Assembly (NCBI GenBank): GCA_964016885.1
Contig: OZ024758.1
Coordinates: 11,098,001 to 11,162,000 of the forward strand
Reading direction: 5' to 3'
Origin: Eledone cirrhosa
Taxonomy: Eukaryota
Length of the DNA: 64,000 nucleotides
Shown one piece after another: positions 1 to 14,787 of the stretch (positions within the stretch are counted from its first letter, which is position 1; the number at the start of each line of letters is the position of its first letter). The notes below the pieces were generated by a model, which saw only the letters and a program-made list of their open reading frames with translations, was not told the DNA's origin and ran no database searches. Both the position numbers and the translations under genes were made by a program.

Positions 1-236
1 TGTAGCTAAGTGGTGAGTCTTGTTACTCTGGAGTTTCATCTGTGGTTGACACAACTGAAGGGTCCTCCCAACCCTTTGTTTGGCAAGATCTCTACGACTG
101 GATGCCCTTCCTATCACCAACCACTTTACAGAGTGTACTCGGTGCATTTATCATGAAGATCACCAACACTAGGGGGCTGTAATGTCCTTGATACAACTGA
201 AGGGTCCTCTCAAACCTTTGTTACAATATATATATA

Positions 237-422
237 ATTGTTTCTACTTTAGGCACAAGGCCAGCAATTACCCAGTGCATTACTGGTACTTTTATTTTAT
301 CGACCCCGTAAGGATGAAAGGCAAAGTCAACCTCGGCGGGATTTGAACTCAGATCGTAAAGGGACGTAACTATGCTGGAAAGCATGGCGTCCGACCCTCT
401 ACCGATACTGCCAATCCACCGC
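237..422 (-). mobile_element. tRNA-derived SINE family A (full length)
   Basis: A-box-like TGGCAGTATCGG, B box GAGTTCAAATCC, central GCCTTTCATCCTTACGGGGTCGATAAAATAAAGTACCAG (MetaSINE-like domain from recall, needs checking), tail AGTAGAAACAATT. Confidence 0.85.
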
Positions 423-1462
423 ACAATATATATATATAATGACGGGCTTCTGCAGTTTCTATCTACCAAATTATCCTCTAAAGACTTTAATAGAAGACAG
501 TTGCTCTCTGGTGTCAAACAATGCGACACAACCCAGAACCATGCAGTTACAAATCCAACTCCTTAACCACCTAGCCATGTCTATATTCATCTACATTTAC
601 AAAAATACTGTATTCTTCCTTGTAAATAATGTATATGTAGAAAACTTCTATAAATTCATTTTATTATTGTACATTATATTCTAAAGATAAGAAACACTTC
701 ATTTAATAATGGTTTAACAAAAATAACAGAGAAAGATTTCCTAAAAAAAAGAGTGTTATTTAGACAGGTATTAATTTACATCAAGATAGGAAAACAAAAT
801 AAGCTTTAAAAATATTCCTAATTCTATTATAAATTCCAGATATTCAGAAAAAATTGACAATTTGGAAATGTTGACGGCTTGTTTCTAACAAATAGAAATA
901 GTTAATGGTATTTGAAAATTGATATGAAGTGTTTTAAAAACAATTCTTTCATTTTTTTTTACTAGAATTTATTCAGAATCTCAATAAATTCTATAACAGA
1001 AGAGACTCAATGAAAAATCTCAAAATTTCACTTGTGTTACCTAATTTGTTAGGGTGTTTCCCTACATTAGAGTGAGGGTCCTATAGAGGGTCCAAGGTGG
1101 TACATGAAAATATTTTATTGGCCTCTAGGAGATAGCATTTTTTAGAGGAGGGGGGGGGGGGTTAATGATTTCTATTTTTTTTTTTTACTGTGTAACCATT
1201 GCCTTAATGGGAAGTAGTCAATCATATCAACCCCAGTAATGATTTAAAACACACATTCTGCTACACACACACCTCAGGGTGTGAAAACAACCATATCCAT
1301 TAAATAGCAACAACAGTTACAACAACAACAGCTACAACAACAATTACAACAACAGTTACAACAACAGTAACAACAACAGTGACAGATTGAGATAAAGTTG
1401 GACAACAAGCCACAATAGTTATAACGTGCAATGAAAATAGTTTAGTATGTTAGTTCTACTAA

Positions 1463-1865
1463 ATGGTGGTGGAATGGTGGAATACAGGAATGGTGGAATA
1501 CAAGAATGGTGGAACTGTGGAATGGTGGAACAGTGGAATGGTGGAATAGTGGAATACAGGCATGGTGGAACAGTGGAATGGTTGAACAGTGGAATGGTGG
1601 AATGGTGGAATAGTGGAATACAGGAATGGTGGAATGGTGGAATAGTGGAATACAGGCATGGTGGAACAGTGGAATGGTGGAACGGTGGAATAGTGGAATA
1701 CAGGAAGGGTGGAACAGTGGAAGGGTGGAATACAGGAATGGTGGAACAATGGAACGGTGGAACAGTGGAATGGTGGAATACAGGAATGGTGGAATACAGG
1801 AATGGTGGAACAATGGAACGGTGGAACAGTGGAAGGGTGGAATACAGGAATGGTGGAACAGTAAA
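1463..1865. repeat. GGAAT/GGTGGAA-based G-rich simple repeat
   Basis: Mosaic of TGGTGGAA, TACAGGAA and CAGTGGAA 8-mers. Confidence 0.9.
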
Positions 1866-2333
1866 ATGGTAAATTGAAGAAAGTGACTAAGTCTGATAGA
1901 AATAAAACTGTAAAGTTGATTGGTTGTAAAATAGCAAGAATAGACAAAATAAAAATAAAAATAAAAATAAAAATAAAAAATAGAAACTAAATAAAATTAT
2001 ATAGAAACATTGACTGGAAAGTCGGTAAAATTCTTAATTTGGATGTCTGGGACGAGAGAACGGAATATTGATTGATTTCTTTTTCCAAGAGTTAAATCGA
2101 GATTGATGCCTCAAGGAAGGTGAAGAAGAAGAGGAGGAAATATTGTTTAGTTACTCTTTTATATATATATATATAGCTGTGTGTGTGTATAATATATATA
2201 TATATAGCTGTGTGTGTGTGTATATATATATATATATACTAATAATGATGATGATGATAATTTTTACTTGTGAAATAAATGGTTGAAATATAGAGTACGA
2301 TTGTTATATATACACACACACACACACACATAA

Positions 2334-2367
<34 letters not shown>

Positions 2368-2427
2368 ATATATAACAATATATATATATATATAAATATA
2401 TATATATATGTGTGTGTGTGTGTATAT

Positions 2428-2465
<38 letters not shown>

Positions 2466-2532
2466 TATATACACATACATACATACATATATATATATAT
2501 ATGTGTGAATGTATGTATGATAAAATTCATCA

Positions 2533-2643
2533 TTCAAATCCCGCCGAGGTTAACTTTGCCTTTCATCCTTACGGGGTCGATAAAATAAAGTACCAGTAAT
2601 ACACTGGGAAATTGCTGGCCTTGTGCCTAAAGTAGAAACAATT
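2533..2643 (+). mobile_element. SINE family A, 5'-truncated
   Basis: B box to tail matches 237-422. Confidence 0.85.
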
Positions 2644-2785
2644 ATTTTGATACATCGACTTTTCCATGCTTGCATGGTTTAGAGAGAAAGACTGAGATAT
2701 GTAAAATTTCATCTAGATTGCTTCTACACTCACACAGGCACCCACCAACACAAACACATTCATACACATTCCCTCCAACATTCAC

Positions 2786-3262
2786 ACACATACTTCCCAC
2801 ACTACCAGTTAGACATTGTTCTTGTACCTCCTCCACCCACACACAAACACATCCCACCCACACACACACTCATACACACACTTCCCACACTACCAGTTAG
2901 ACATTGTTCTTGTACCTCCTCCACCCACACACAAACACATCCCACCCACACACACACTCATACACACACTTCCCACACTACCAGTTAGACATTGTTCTCG
3001 TACCTCCTCCACCCACACACAAACACATCCCACCCACACACACACTCATACACACACTTCCCACACTACCAGTTAGACATTGTTCTCGTACCTCCTCCAC
3101 CCACACACAAACACATCCCACCCACACACACACTCATACACACACTTCCCACACTACCAGTTAGACATTGTTCTTGTACCTCCTCCACCCACACACAAAC
3201 ACATCCCACCCACACACACACTCATACACACACTTCCCACACTACCAGTTAGACATTGTTCT
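2786..3262. repeat. 88-bp tandem repeat, about 5 copies
   Basis: CTTCCCACACTACCAGTTAGACATTGTTCT... recurs every 88 bp. Confidence 0.95.
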
Positions 3263-4110
3263 CGTTGTTAACCATTCACGCATCAAATAGCAATAGAAGT
3301 CCATTGTCAGCCAGGCAGACTGTGGAAGTAAGAGTTAGCAGCCCTGCCTTCTAGCAGAACAACATAATAGATACAAGATGGTTTGATTGAGTGGATGTCT
3401 CATTAAGTAGTCCATTAACTGAAACCACAAAAGGAATCTATTATCTCTTTGTTTTTTTTTAATTTTCATATTTATTTTATGTTACTTATTAAACAATAGA
3501 AGCACTGGTTACTGTTTTCTAAAAGTCCAATCATTCAATCACTGCCTCACAGCATTTATATGATATGTGGCAATGGAGTGGCTATCTAACTTCAGTGGAA
3601 CAAATACCACAAGGGTGGCTTTTGAACTAAAAGCATAGGTTGGCAGTTTTCTTGCCAGTATTTCCAGCTATTACTAATGTATTTTGAGAAAAAAGATGTA
3701 AAGATATCTGTGTTGTGCTGAACCTCTGCTGGTTCCATTGATGAAAGTTCCAGCTGTTCCTGGGACACACTACTGACCATTCCACCATTCCTTAATGAAA
3801 TTCAATGTGATACAGTGTGTGTGCAATGTGACAAGAATTATAGGTACATATGTGGTTATGATTATTTAGGGAAAGCTGGTACAATAGAAGTGGGTAGAGC
3901 ACCACTTATGACCAAAATCACACTATTTCCTTTCTTTTGAAAAAGGGATCCCAACTTCGAAATATAAAGTAAAAGTGTAAACAGTTGTTTTGTCTTATTT
4001 TGTCTTTTTCAACTTTACTCTACCCTCGTTTTCACTCTTGTATTTCTAAACAGCATTGTACCAACTTTCCTGAAGTAATCTGAATCACAAAAGTGTAAAG
4101 ACTCACTCAC

Positions 4111-4170
4111 CATCAATGCTGGTACCCCAGACAAACTGCCTCTTTCATACGAATAGTTTGTATCCATTGT
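4111..4170 (-). CDS. Candidate 60-nt phase-0 exon (TMDTNYSYERGSLSGVPALM)
   Basis: Acceptor ATTCTTTTACAG|ACA and donor ATG|GTGAGT. Only phase 0 is open across it. It could alternatively be a terminal exon. Confidence 0.4.
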
Positions 4171-4682
4171 CTGTAAAAGAATATTTAAGGTAAGAAATGA
4201 AAATATATTGTCAAAGAAATGGATTGAATTCATCATAAAAATTTAAACAACAATAATAATATATGCAATATGACAAAAAAAACAAGGTTAACAACTTACA
4301 TTCATACATATATATATATATTGTACATGAGAAATCTAATACAATAAACAACCAAAGTATATATACCAGTTATATTTTGGGAGGGTGTGTTGCTAATAAA
4401 AATACAAAGACCAGTTCAGTTTAGTTTTGTTAATTAGATAAGTAATCCATTCCTCAGTTATTTTAGTAATGAGATGATTATGTAATTGTCAGGGTTCTTT
4501 TGTCACATATTGTGACCTTATCAATAATTATTCTTGCTCTGCTGTGTCGCGACACAGAGGAGACAGGGGGAAGCAAGAATATGACAAATAAATAACTATC
4601 TTGTTACTAAACTAATCAAGAAATTAATTACCTAGCTAATAATAAAACTAACATAAAACTGTCCTGGTGTGTGTGTGTGTGA

Positions 4683-4774
<92 letters not shown>

Positions 4775-5449
4775 GTTTATTGGTAACATCACCTTCCTAA
4801 AGTATAACAATATCTGTTTCAACACAATTTCACAACAATAATCTTTCAAAACTAATACAAAATTAAACTAAATATTCTTATTTAAAAAGAAGACATTATT
4901 TATCGAAAAACAATTTCAATAAAAAATAAAGATTACTGTTATTTTTATTACCATTATTACAAATTCCTTTCCAATCAAAAGATCAAAATATTTAGCTACA
5001 AATTCAGAAATTTAACCATTATCTTCAAAATGTAATTCTTTAATGATATTAAATTTAGTCAGAATGAAATTTCTTTGAAGAAAATTTCTAATTTACTCAA
5101 AGAGTGTTAGTCAGAACAGAAAGACTTCGTAATTTCTGAATGGAGTAATGTAGAATTTACCAAAATAAATAGGTTTTCATCCAGAATAAATAGACATAAC
5201 TCAAGAAATGTCTTTACAAACACAAGTATACCTCTATGAGCAGTAGTAGCTAAGGATACCAAGTTTAAATATTAAGAAATTTCACTCAATGTAGTCAAAA
5301 GCATTTAAATGGTTTCCCTGCTCATCTCAATAATTATTCCTGTAAAAGTAAGAATATGAAAGGCTAATCACACAAAAGGAACATTTAAGTAGAATTTACT
5401 ACATATGTATATATACATATGTATATATGTATATATATATATATATATA

Positions 5450-5654
5450 GTGGATCTCTGATGTATATTGAGAGATGACCACAGTTGATAAAGGTACTTA
5501 ACACATTAGTAGAGTATAGGTATACATATTTTATTATAGAAATAACTTCTACAGAACGAGAACTGTTACATTCATAAGAAATCATCAGATTTTCCTGATG
5601 ATTTCTTATATGAATGAAACAGTTCTAGTCCTGTAGAAGTCATTTCTATAATAA
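5450..5654 (-). mobile_element. Same hammerhead-palindrome family (diverged copy)
   Basis: Inverted arms about 5531-5588 and 5595-5654. Plus arm TTTC-CTGATGA...GAAA-CAG-TTCTAGTC-CTG-TA-GAAG. Adjacent to (TA)n. Confidence 0.6.
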
Positions 5655-5667
5655 CAATAATAATAAT

Positions 5668-5853
5668 AATTGTTTCTACTTTTGGCACAAGGGCAGCAAT
5701 TATCCCAGTGTATTACTGGTACTTTATTTTATCGACCCCCGTAAAGATGAAAAGCAAAGTTAACCTCGGCGGGATTTGAACTCAGACCATAAAGGGTCAA
5801 ACTTTTTGCTGCAAAGCATGGCGTCCGACCCTCTACCGATACTGCCAATCCAC
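5668..5853 (-). mobile_element. SINE family A
   Basis: Full-length match to 237-422. Confidence 0.85.
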
Positions 5854-5871
5854 ATCCACAATAATGATAAT

Positions 5872-5902
<31 letters not shown>

Positions 5903-7182
5903 AATTATTCTTATCTCAGAAAATATTTATCCAACAGAAACCAAACAAATTTGCAATGAAATTCTTTCAAACTATAAATAATCAAACAAATTACAAGAAG
6001 TTGTTGGAGTCTGCTGCTAACCTGACAGACAAGATTAGAGACAATATGCTGGAATAAAAATGGAAAAGCTCTAAGACTTGGAATATATTTCTCAAAAATG
6101 AGGTACTTTTGAGAAAGATGAAAGGTTCTAACTGTACAGAAACATTTAGTATCTTTTGGTTTTTACCAAAACAATCTCTGGAAATATGGAGCTGGAACTG
6201 AAAATTCAAAAGAAATTAGTTTGTCATTTTTTTTTCTTTTAAATTATTTTTTCATGTGTGTTTTTCATTTAAAAAAATTTGTTGTTTTTTTTAGTAAAGA
6301 GAGAGATAACTAAAAAGTAATTACGAAAATAAGAAAACAAATATTCTTTATGTAATATTTTCTTAACACTGAAATAAGTTCAGAATTCTGAGTTAGACGC
6401 TGCCACCTTAAACTCTTATTTAAACGTTTTGATAGGAAACTGCCAAAAACTGACACTGATAGGTTATATATAATATAAAGCTGTTTTGTTTTAAAGTTTA
6501 TATTTATCTAAAAACCTGCACTAAGTTATGCCCCTTGTTATATATAATTGTTTCTACTTTTGGCACAAGGCCAGAAAATTACCCAGTGCATTACTGGTAC
6601 TTTATTTTATTGACCCCATAAGGATAATATAAAGCTACTTGTTTTAAACATATTTATCTCAAAACCTGTTTTAAGTTATGTTCCTTGTTATATATAATAC
6701 AAAGCTGTTTGTGTTAAAATTTAAATTTATCTAAAAACCTTACATCATAGTTTCATGTAAAAACCTGAAATTAAGTTATGCTCCAAAATACAGCTAAATA
6801 ATGAGAAAGTTAGTTATATTAGTAAACTCTTCTAATTTTGGATTATTTTTGAATCCGTGAAGTATTAGATCAACACTTTAACAACTTAGCTACATGTTTT
6901 CATGGATTGATACAGGAATATCTGAAAATAAAACGAATTTGCAACTCAAATCTTTCAAACTATAATCATATGATGTAGAAATAGCTTATACAAATATATT
7001 TTGATTGGTAAATATAGCCATTGATTTTTATATAATCAATAATAATGGTGATGTGGAAAATATTGGATTTATTACAATTATTTTCTAGAAAAAAAAATAT
7101 TGCTGAAGATCAATTTCTTTTCGGCATGGTTGTCTAGTAAAATGGTTTGTTTCATAATCACATTGTTTTGTGTTTAGTTGTA

Positions 7183-10100
7183 TTGTACAATATCTTTGGA
7201 GAGTGTCTACTGTACAATATCTTGGGAGAGTGACTACTGTACAATATCTTTGGAGAGTGTCTACTGTACAATATCTTTGGAGAGTGTCTACTGTACAATA
7301 TCTTGGGAGAGTGTCTACTGTACAATATCTTGGGAGAGTGTCTACTGTACAATATCTTGGGAGAGTGTCTACTGTACAATATCTTGGGAGAGTGTCTACT
7401 GTACAATATCTTGGGAGAGTGTCTACTGTACAATATCTTGGGAGAGTGTCTACTGTACAATATCTTGGGAGAGTGTCTACTGTACAATATCTTGGGAGAG
7501 TGTCTACTGTACAATATCTTGGGAGAGTGTCTACTGTACAATATCTTGGGAGAGTGTCTACTGTACAATATCTTGGGAGAGTGTCTACTGTACAATATCT
7601 TGGGAAAGTGTCTACTGTACAATATCTTGGGAGAGTGTCTACTGTACAATATCTTTGGAGAGTGTCTACTGTACAATATCTTTGGAGAGTAACTACTGTA
7701 CAATATCTTTGGAGAGTAACTACTGTACAATATCTTGGGAGAGTGTCTACTGTACAATATCTTGGGAGAGTGTCTACTGTACAATATCTTGAGAGAGTGT
7801 CTACTGTACAATATCTTGAGAGAGTGACTACTGTACAATATCTTGGGAGTGTGACTACTGTACAATATCTTTGGAGAGTGACTACTGTACAATATATTTG
7901 GAGAGTGACTACTGTACAATATCTTTGGAGAGTGTCTACTGTACAATATCTTTGGTGAGTGTCTACTGTACAATATCTTTGGAGAGTGTCTACTGTACAA
8001 TATCTTGGGAGAGTGTCTACTGTACAATATCTTGGGAGAGTGTCTACTGTACAATATCTTGGGAGAGTGTCTACTGTACAATATCTTGGGAGAGTGTCTA
8101 CTGTACAATATCTTGGGAGAGTGTCTACTGTACAATATCTTGGGAGAGTGTCTACTGTACAATATCTTGGGAGAGTGACTACTGTACAATATCTTGGGAG
8201 AGTGTCTACTGTACAATATCTTGGGAGAGTGTCTACTGTACAATATCTTGGGAGAGTGTCTACCGTACAATATCTTGGGAGAGTGTCTACTGTACAATAT
8301 CTTGGGAGAGTGTCTACTGTACAATATCTTGGGAGAGTGTCTACTGTACAATATCTTGGGAGAGTGTCTACTGTACAATATCTTGGGAGAGTGTCTACTG
8401 TACAATATCTTGGGAGAGTGTCTACTGTACAATATCTTTGGAGAGTAACTACTGTACAATATCTTTGGAGAGTAACTACTGTACAATATCTTTGGAGAGT
8501 AACTACTGTACAATATCTTGGGAGAGTGTCTACTGTACAATATCTTGGGAGAGTGTCTACTGTACAATATCTTGGGAGAGTGACTACTGTACAATATCTT
8601 GAGAGAGTGACTACTGTACAATATCTTGGGAGAGTGTGTACTGTACAATATCTTGGGAGAGTAACTACTGTACAATATCTTGGGAGAGTGTCTACTGTAC
8701 AATATCTTGGGAGAGTGTCTACTGTACAATATCTTGGGAGAGTGACTACTGTACAATATCTTGGGAGAGTGACTACTGTACAATATCTTTGGAGAGTGAC
8801 TACTGTACAATATCTTTGGAGAGTGACTTCTGTACAATATCTTGGGAGAGTGTCTACTGTACAATAACTTGGGAGAGTGTCTACTGTACAATATCTTGGG
8901 AGAGTGACTACTGTACAATTTCTTGGGAGAGTGTCTACTGTACAATATCTTGGGAGAGTGACTACTGTACAATATCTTGGGAGAGTGTCTACTGTACAAT
9001 ATCTTGGGAGAGTGTCTACTGTACAATATCTTGGGAGAGTGTCTACTGTACAATATCTTGGGAGAGTGTCTACTGTACAATATCTTGGGAGAGTGACTAC
9101 TGTACAATATCTTGGGAGAGTGTCTACTGTACAATATCTTGGGAGAGTGACTACTGTACAATATCTTGGGAGAGTGTCTACTGTACAATATCTTGAGAGA
9201 GTGTCTACTGTACAATATCTTGGGAGAGTGACTACTGTACAATATCTTGGGAGAGTGTCTACTGTACAATATCTTGGGAGAGTGTCTACTGTACAATATC
9301 CTGGGAGAGTGACTACTGTACAATATCTTGGGAGAGTGACTACTGTACAATATCTTGGGAGAGTGTCTACTGTACAATATCTTGAGAGAGTGTCTACTGT
9401 ACAATATCTTGGGAGAGTGACTACTGTACAATTTCTTGGGAGAGTGTCTACTGTACAATATCTTGGGAGAGTGACTACTGTACAATATCTTGGGAGAGTG
9501 TCTACTGTACAATATCTTGGGAGAGTGTCTACTGTACAATATCTTGGGAGAGTGTCTACTGTACAATATCTTGGGAGAGTGTCTACTGTACAATATCTTG
9601 GGAGAGTGACTACTGTACAATATCTTGGGAGAGTGTCTACTGTACAATATCTTGGGAGAGTGACTACTGTACAATATCTTGGGAGAGTGTCTACTGTACA
9701 ATATCTTGAGAGAGTGTCTACTGTACAATATCTTGGGAGAGTGACTACTGTACAATATCTTGGGAGAGTGTCTACTGTACAATATCTTGGGAGAGTGTCT
9801 ACTGTACAATATCCTGGGAGAGTGACTACTGTACAATATCTTGGGAGAGTGACTACTGTACAATATCTTGGGAGAGTGACTACTGTACAATATCTTGGGA
9901 GAGTGTCTACTGTACAATATCTTGGGAGAGTGTCTACTGTACAATATCTTGGGAGAGTGTCTACTGTACAATATCTTGGGAGAGTGTCTACTGTACAATA
10001 TCTTGGGAGAGTGTCTACTGTACAATATCTTGGGAGAGTGTCTACTGTACAATATCTTGGGAGAGTGTCTACTGTACAATATCTTGGGAGAGTGTCTACT

Positions 10101-10725
10101 GTACAATATCTTGGGAGAGTGACTACTGTACAATATCTTGGGAGAGTGTCTACTGTACAATATCTTGGGAGAGTGACTACTGTACAATATCTTGGGAGAG
10201 TGTCTACTGTACAATATCTTGGGAGAGTGTCTACTGTACAATATCCTGGGAGAGTGACTACTGTACAATATCTTGGGAGAGTGACTACTGTACAATATCT
10301 TGGGAGAGTGACTACTGTACAATATCTTGGGAGAGTGTCTACTGTACAATATCTTGGGAGAGTGTCTACTGTACAATATCTTGGGAGAGTGTCTACTGTA
10401 CAATATCTTGGGAGAGTGACTACTGTACAATATCTTTGGAGAGTGTCTACTGTACAATATCTTGGGAGAGTGACTACTGTACAATATCTTGGGAGAGTGT
10501 CTACTGTACAATATCTTGGGAGAGTGACTACTGTACAATATCTTTGGAGAGTGTCTACTGTACAATATCTTGGGAGAGTGTCTACTGTACAATATCTTGG
10601 GAGAGTGACTACTGTACAATATCTTGGGAGAGTGACTACTGTACAATATCTTGGGAGAGTGACTACTGTACAATATCTTGGGAGAGTGTCTACTGTACAA
10701 CATTTTTGGAAAGTGTCTACTGTAT
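7183..10725. repeat. 27-bp minisatellite, about 130 copies
   Basis: Unit ACTGTACAATATCTTGGGAGAGTGTCT with few point variants and no frame-shifting indels. Confidence 0.98.
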
Positions 10726-11499
10726 GACATTTTTGGAGGAGTGTCTTCTACTATAGGGTTGGGATGACCTATGCCATATGAGTGGAATTTGGTAGATGGA
10801 AGCTATTAGGAAGCCCATTGTGTATGTGTGTTTATATATATATATATATATATACAGAGACAGAGAGAGAGTGAGGGGGAGATAAGCTATAACACTAACT
10901 TATTTATTGAGATTACTGTGACATGATGATAATTTAAAATATACATTCTGAGACTTTTGTATGTTTGTTATACAATAAACATATTGTATATGTCTACACA
11001 TGTATGTATGTATGTCTGTGTATGTATGTGTTATGTTGATGATGGTTATAATGATGAGGATGATGATGATGAGGGTGATGGATGATAGTTATAATAATGA
11101 TGATGATGATGATGATGATGATGATCATGAGAAGGAGAAGGATGGTGGTTATGAATCCATTAGTTTTTGTTGAGAGAAAATATCAATATAAAGAAAAGTA
11201 AGGTTCAGGTGTTTCATAATTACAGGTAATTATTGTAAAGGTGGATGTTGAAATGGAATCCATTAGTTTTTAACAGAATATATAAATATATATTTAATGA
11301 TAATGGCTTCTGAGAATGATGGAGGGCGGTGGGTGGTGGAGGGAAGGGCATGGAGGGAGAGTGGAAATATTGGCGATGAGAATGATTTGGTAGATGGACA
11401 ATAGATTGATGAGAGAGAGAGAGAAAGAAAGGGGGAGTGGGGAGATAAACAATTACTTGCAGAAGATGAGAGGGATAGAGTCAGTAATGACTCTCTATC

Positions 11500-11740
11500 T
11501 GGACATCTGGAGTGAAGTGGTCGGATGATATGTTGGGGAAAGATGAAAGCAATTGGATGTGATGGATAGAGCCAGTCATTAATGTTGTGAAGAAGATAAA
11601 TGCTTTGAGATGGTTGGGTCATGTGTTGAGGAAGGATGGAGGTGACAGAGAGGAGTGATGGGAATGAATGTGGAAAGAAGTGGAGGAAGACAAAGACCAA
11701 GAAAGACATGGCTAAATACAATTGAGGAAAAAAAATGAAA
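11500..11740 (+). mobile_element. Degenerate RTE-clade LINE C-terminal fragment
   Basis: LRWLGHVLRKDG...GRQRPRKTWLNTIE. Confidence 0.75.
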
Positions 11741-11869
11741 GCCAGAAGGTTGGTGAAGAGTAGACACAAATGAAGATTTTTCATATAAATATAAACACTT
11801 TGAAATAAAAATAACGAGTTTTGTATGATAGAATGAGGGCAATTCCAGGAAGTTTGAAGCATAACTTAA

Positions 11870-12290
11870 CCAAGGGATTTGTACCTAGAAAGTTCTTCAC
11901 AAAGTCACAAGTCTGGGAAAGGTTGTTTGTGGAAGACCGGCAGTCACCCATGTATACCAGTCTCCCCTCTCCATACCATCGATGTTATCCAAGGGAAAAG
12001 CAATGGCTGATAAACCTTGGCATCAGTGACATCGCAACATATATATACACTATATATACATTATATACACACTATATACAGTATATATACTGTAAAAATA
12101 TATGATGTTGTCCAAAGGAAAGGCAATGGCTGATACAGCTTGGCACCAGTGATGTCACAACTCATTTCTACAGCTGAGTAAACTGGAGCAACATGAAATA
12201 AAGTGTCTTGCTCATGGACACAACACATCACCTGGTCTGAGAATCAAACAACCTCCTGACTACAAACCCCAAACCAAGCACCTTCACAAC
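11870..12290 (-). mobile_element. Older CORE-type SINE with a different 3' body
   Basis: Shares the CORE block CTCATTTCTACAGCTGAGTAAACTGGAGCAA...AAGTGTCTTGCTC; partial internal duplication. Confidence 0.7.
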
Positions 12291-13886
12291 AAACAGCTTT
12301 GTATTGTAGAACCAATGATGGTTTCAGGTAGTTTGGTGTCAAATGAGTAAAATAAAATGTTTATTGTTTTGTTATGTTATAAACATGGTTTTATATTCTT
12401 TAATGTACAAGCTGCAGTTGTTTTAGTCTGCAAAAGGTTAAACAATTTAAGGCAGAATATACATAGATTACACGTGATTTATAATTCGCTAGAAAGACGC
12501 AGAGAAGGGTCCTCTAAATATAAAAGTCATAAAGTTAATGGACTGGCAGTGAATTGAAAGAAGAGAAAGAAATATTAGAAATGTCAAGGAACAAAGAAGA
12601 AGGCATGAAGAGGAAGGAACGAAGAAGAAGAAACAAAGAAGGAATGAAGGAGGAATGAATCAGTAGATTTAATCCTTATTGAAGAAGCTAAATAAATATT
12701 CATTAATCGTATCCAATAGTAAAATAAACAATTAATTACTTGACCTTTTGTAATTAAAAGTAACAACTAATTACTACACAGCTTCATTAATTGTAAGAAG
12801 GGGGAGGAGGGATATATGAGAGTTGTGATGTCTTTAGCGTCGTTAGTGGAGTTAACGAAATACAGCCAGGAAGTAAATAAAAGTTAGACACTTAGTTAAT
12901 TAAACTATAAAACTTACATCAATGTTCAATACTAAATATTGATTTCTGATTTAGACACAAGGTTAACAAATTTCAGGGGGGGGGGGGGGAGAAGGGAGGG
13001 CAAAATTAATTAAATCAATCCCAACCCCAGTACATGACTGGTACTTTATTTTAAAGACCTCAGAAGAATGAAAGGTAAAGATGACCTTGACAGGATTTAA
13101 ACTCAGAACATAAACAGCCAGAATGACATTTTATGCAATGCTCTACCAATTTCTCCAATTCTACCAATTCTACTACTACTACTACCACCACTACTACTAC
13201 TACTAATACAATTGCCCTTGTTTATTATTATTTAAGCTAGTAAGTGCTACTTAAGTTTATAGTGAAACTTGCCCAAGATAACAACTGCAATTGCTCAAAA
13301 ACGGTTACGATTTGTGAGATATTGCTGGGGAAGTAAGCAATTCCACTAATTCCACTAATTTTACAAATCCTACCAATTCTACTAATACTACCAATTCACT
13401 ACCTTTCATGTTCAATACTAAATAATAAAATCAAGATAGCAGTGGAAGTAGAAGACTATAGAATGACAACTAGAGAGTAAGTGAGTAAATGACAATAGGA
13501 GAAGTAAAATGAAAGTGAGTGAAAGGATGAGGTGTTTATCACACTGCCTTGAGAGGAGGCTGGAGTAAGAGATCAGCTACGGCCATGGTGATAATGATGA
13601 TAGGGGACAGCGACAATGACGAAGAAGCTGATGATGATGATGATGATGATAATGATAATGACGATAAAAGCTGATGATGACAATGATGATGATGATGATA
13701 ATTACAATGATGACAGCCATGACAACAATGGTGACGATGATAATAGACGATGACAATAAATAACCACAACGGCAATGATGGTAATAATGAAAATGATGAT
13801 GATGATGATGATGATGACCGACCACAACAACAATAATGAGAATGATGATGATGATGATGATGATGAGCATGATAATGATGGTAATA

Positions 13887-14266
13887 ATTATTTCTACTTT
13901 TGGCACAAGGCCAGCAATTATCCCAATACATTACTGGTACTTTATTTTATCGACCCCCGCAAGGATGAAAGACAAAGTTAACCTCGGCGGGATTTGAACT
14001 CAGACCATAAAGGGACGTAACTCTATGCTGCAAAGCATGGCGTCCGACCCTCTACTGATACTGCCAATCCACCGTAATAATTGTTTCTACTTTTTGGCAC
14101 AAGGCCAGCAATTACCCCAGTGCATTACTGGTACTTTATTTTATCGACCCCGTAAGGATGAAAGGCAAAGTTAACCTCGGCGGGGGTTTGAACTCAGAAT
14201 GGCAAGGGCCGTAACTCTATGCGTCAAAACATGGCGTCCGACTCTCTACCGATACTGCCAATCCAC
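13887..14266 (-). mobile_element. Two tandem SINE family A copies
   Basis: Copies at about 13887-14074 and 14077-14266. Confidence 0.85.
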
Positions 14267-14787
14267 GGTAATAATGATAGCAACAAAGGCAATGACCATA
14301 ATGATGACCCCTACTATAACAACAACAACAACGACAATGAAAATATTATATACCAAACCAAACCAAACAAAATGTTCACATTAAACAAACCAACAAAGGT
14401 TTCTCCAAATATTTAAACCCAAATTATATAAAATAGAAATAATTTTAACAACAAACACAACAAAAATCAACTCAAGTGGAAATCTTTGCTAAAACTAAAC
14501 TAAATCCCACATGCAACTAATATTAACATAAGCAATAGACACAGAATATGAACCAAAGTGCAAATAAAAGTCTAATAACTTATCACAAATTATGGTAGTG
14601 GAGTTGCTAGTAATGTCTAGTTAACTCTTAACATCCTGTAATGATTCAGCAGAAAATGGCTAAAAGAATTTTGATTGGCTGTTAATTTAAATGTTTATAG
14701 TATCTTTACTACTGGACATATCGCTGTGAACATTTGCAGTATTTAGTATTTCAGTGAAGACTTATTTTTAATGTGATGGTAGTAATA

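Noticed and set aside
5990-6050. Possible minus-strand mini-exon (HIVSNLVCQ...) after TTTTATTCCAG; similar candidates at 21600-21662 and 62780-62900
   Set aside because: Splice signals are ambiguous or weak and there is no independent support.
7158-10756. 1190-aa and overlapping ORFs called as protein-coding genes
   Set aside because: They are products of a 27-bp unit (a multiple of 3); there is no credible start or splice context and no non-repetitive domain.
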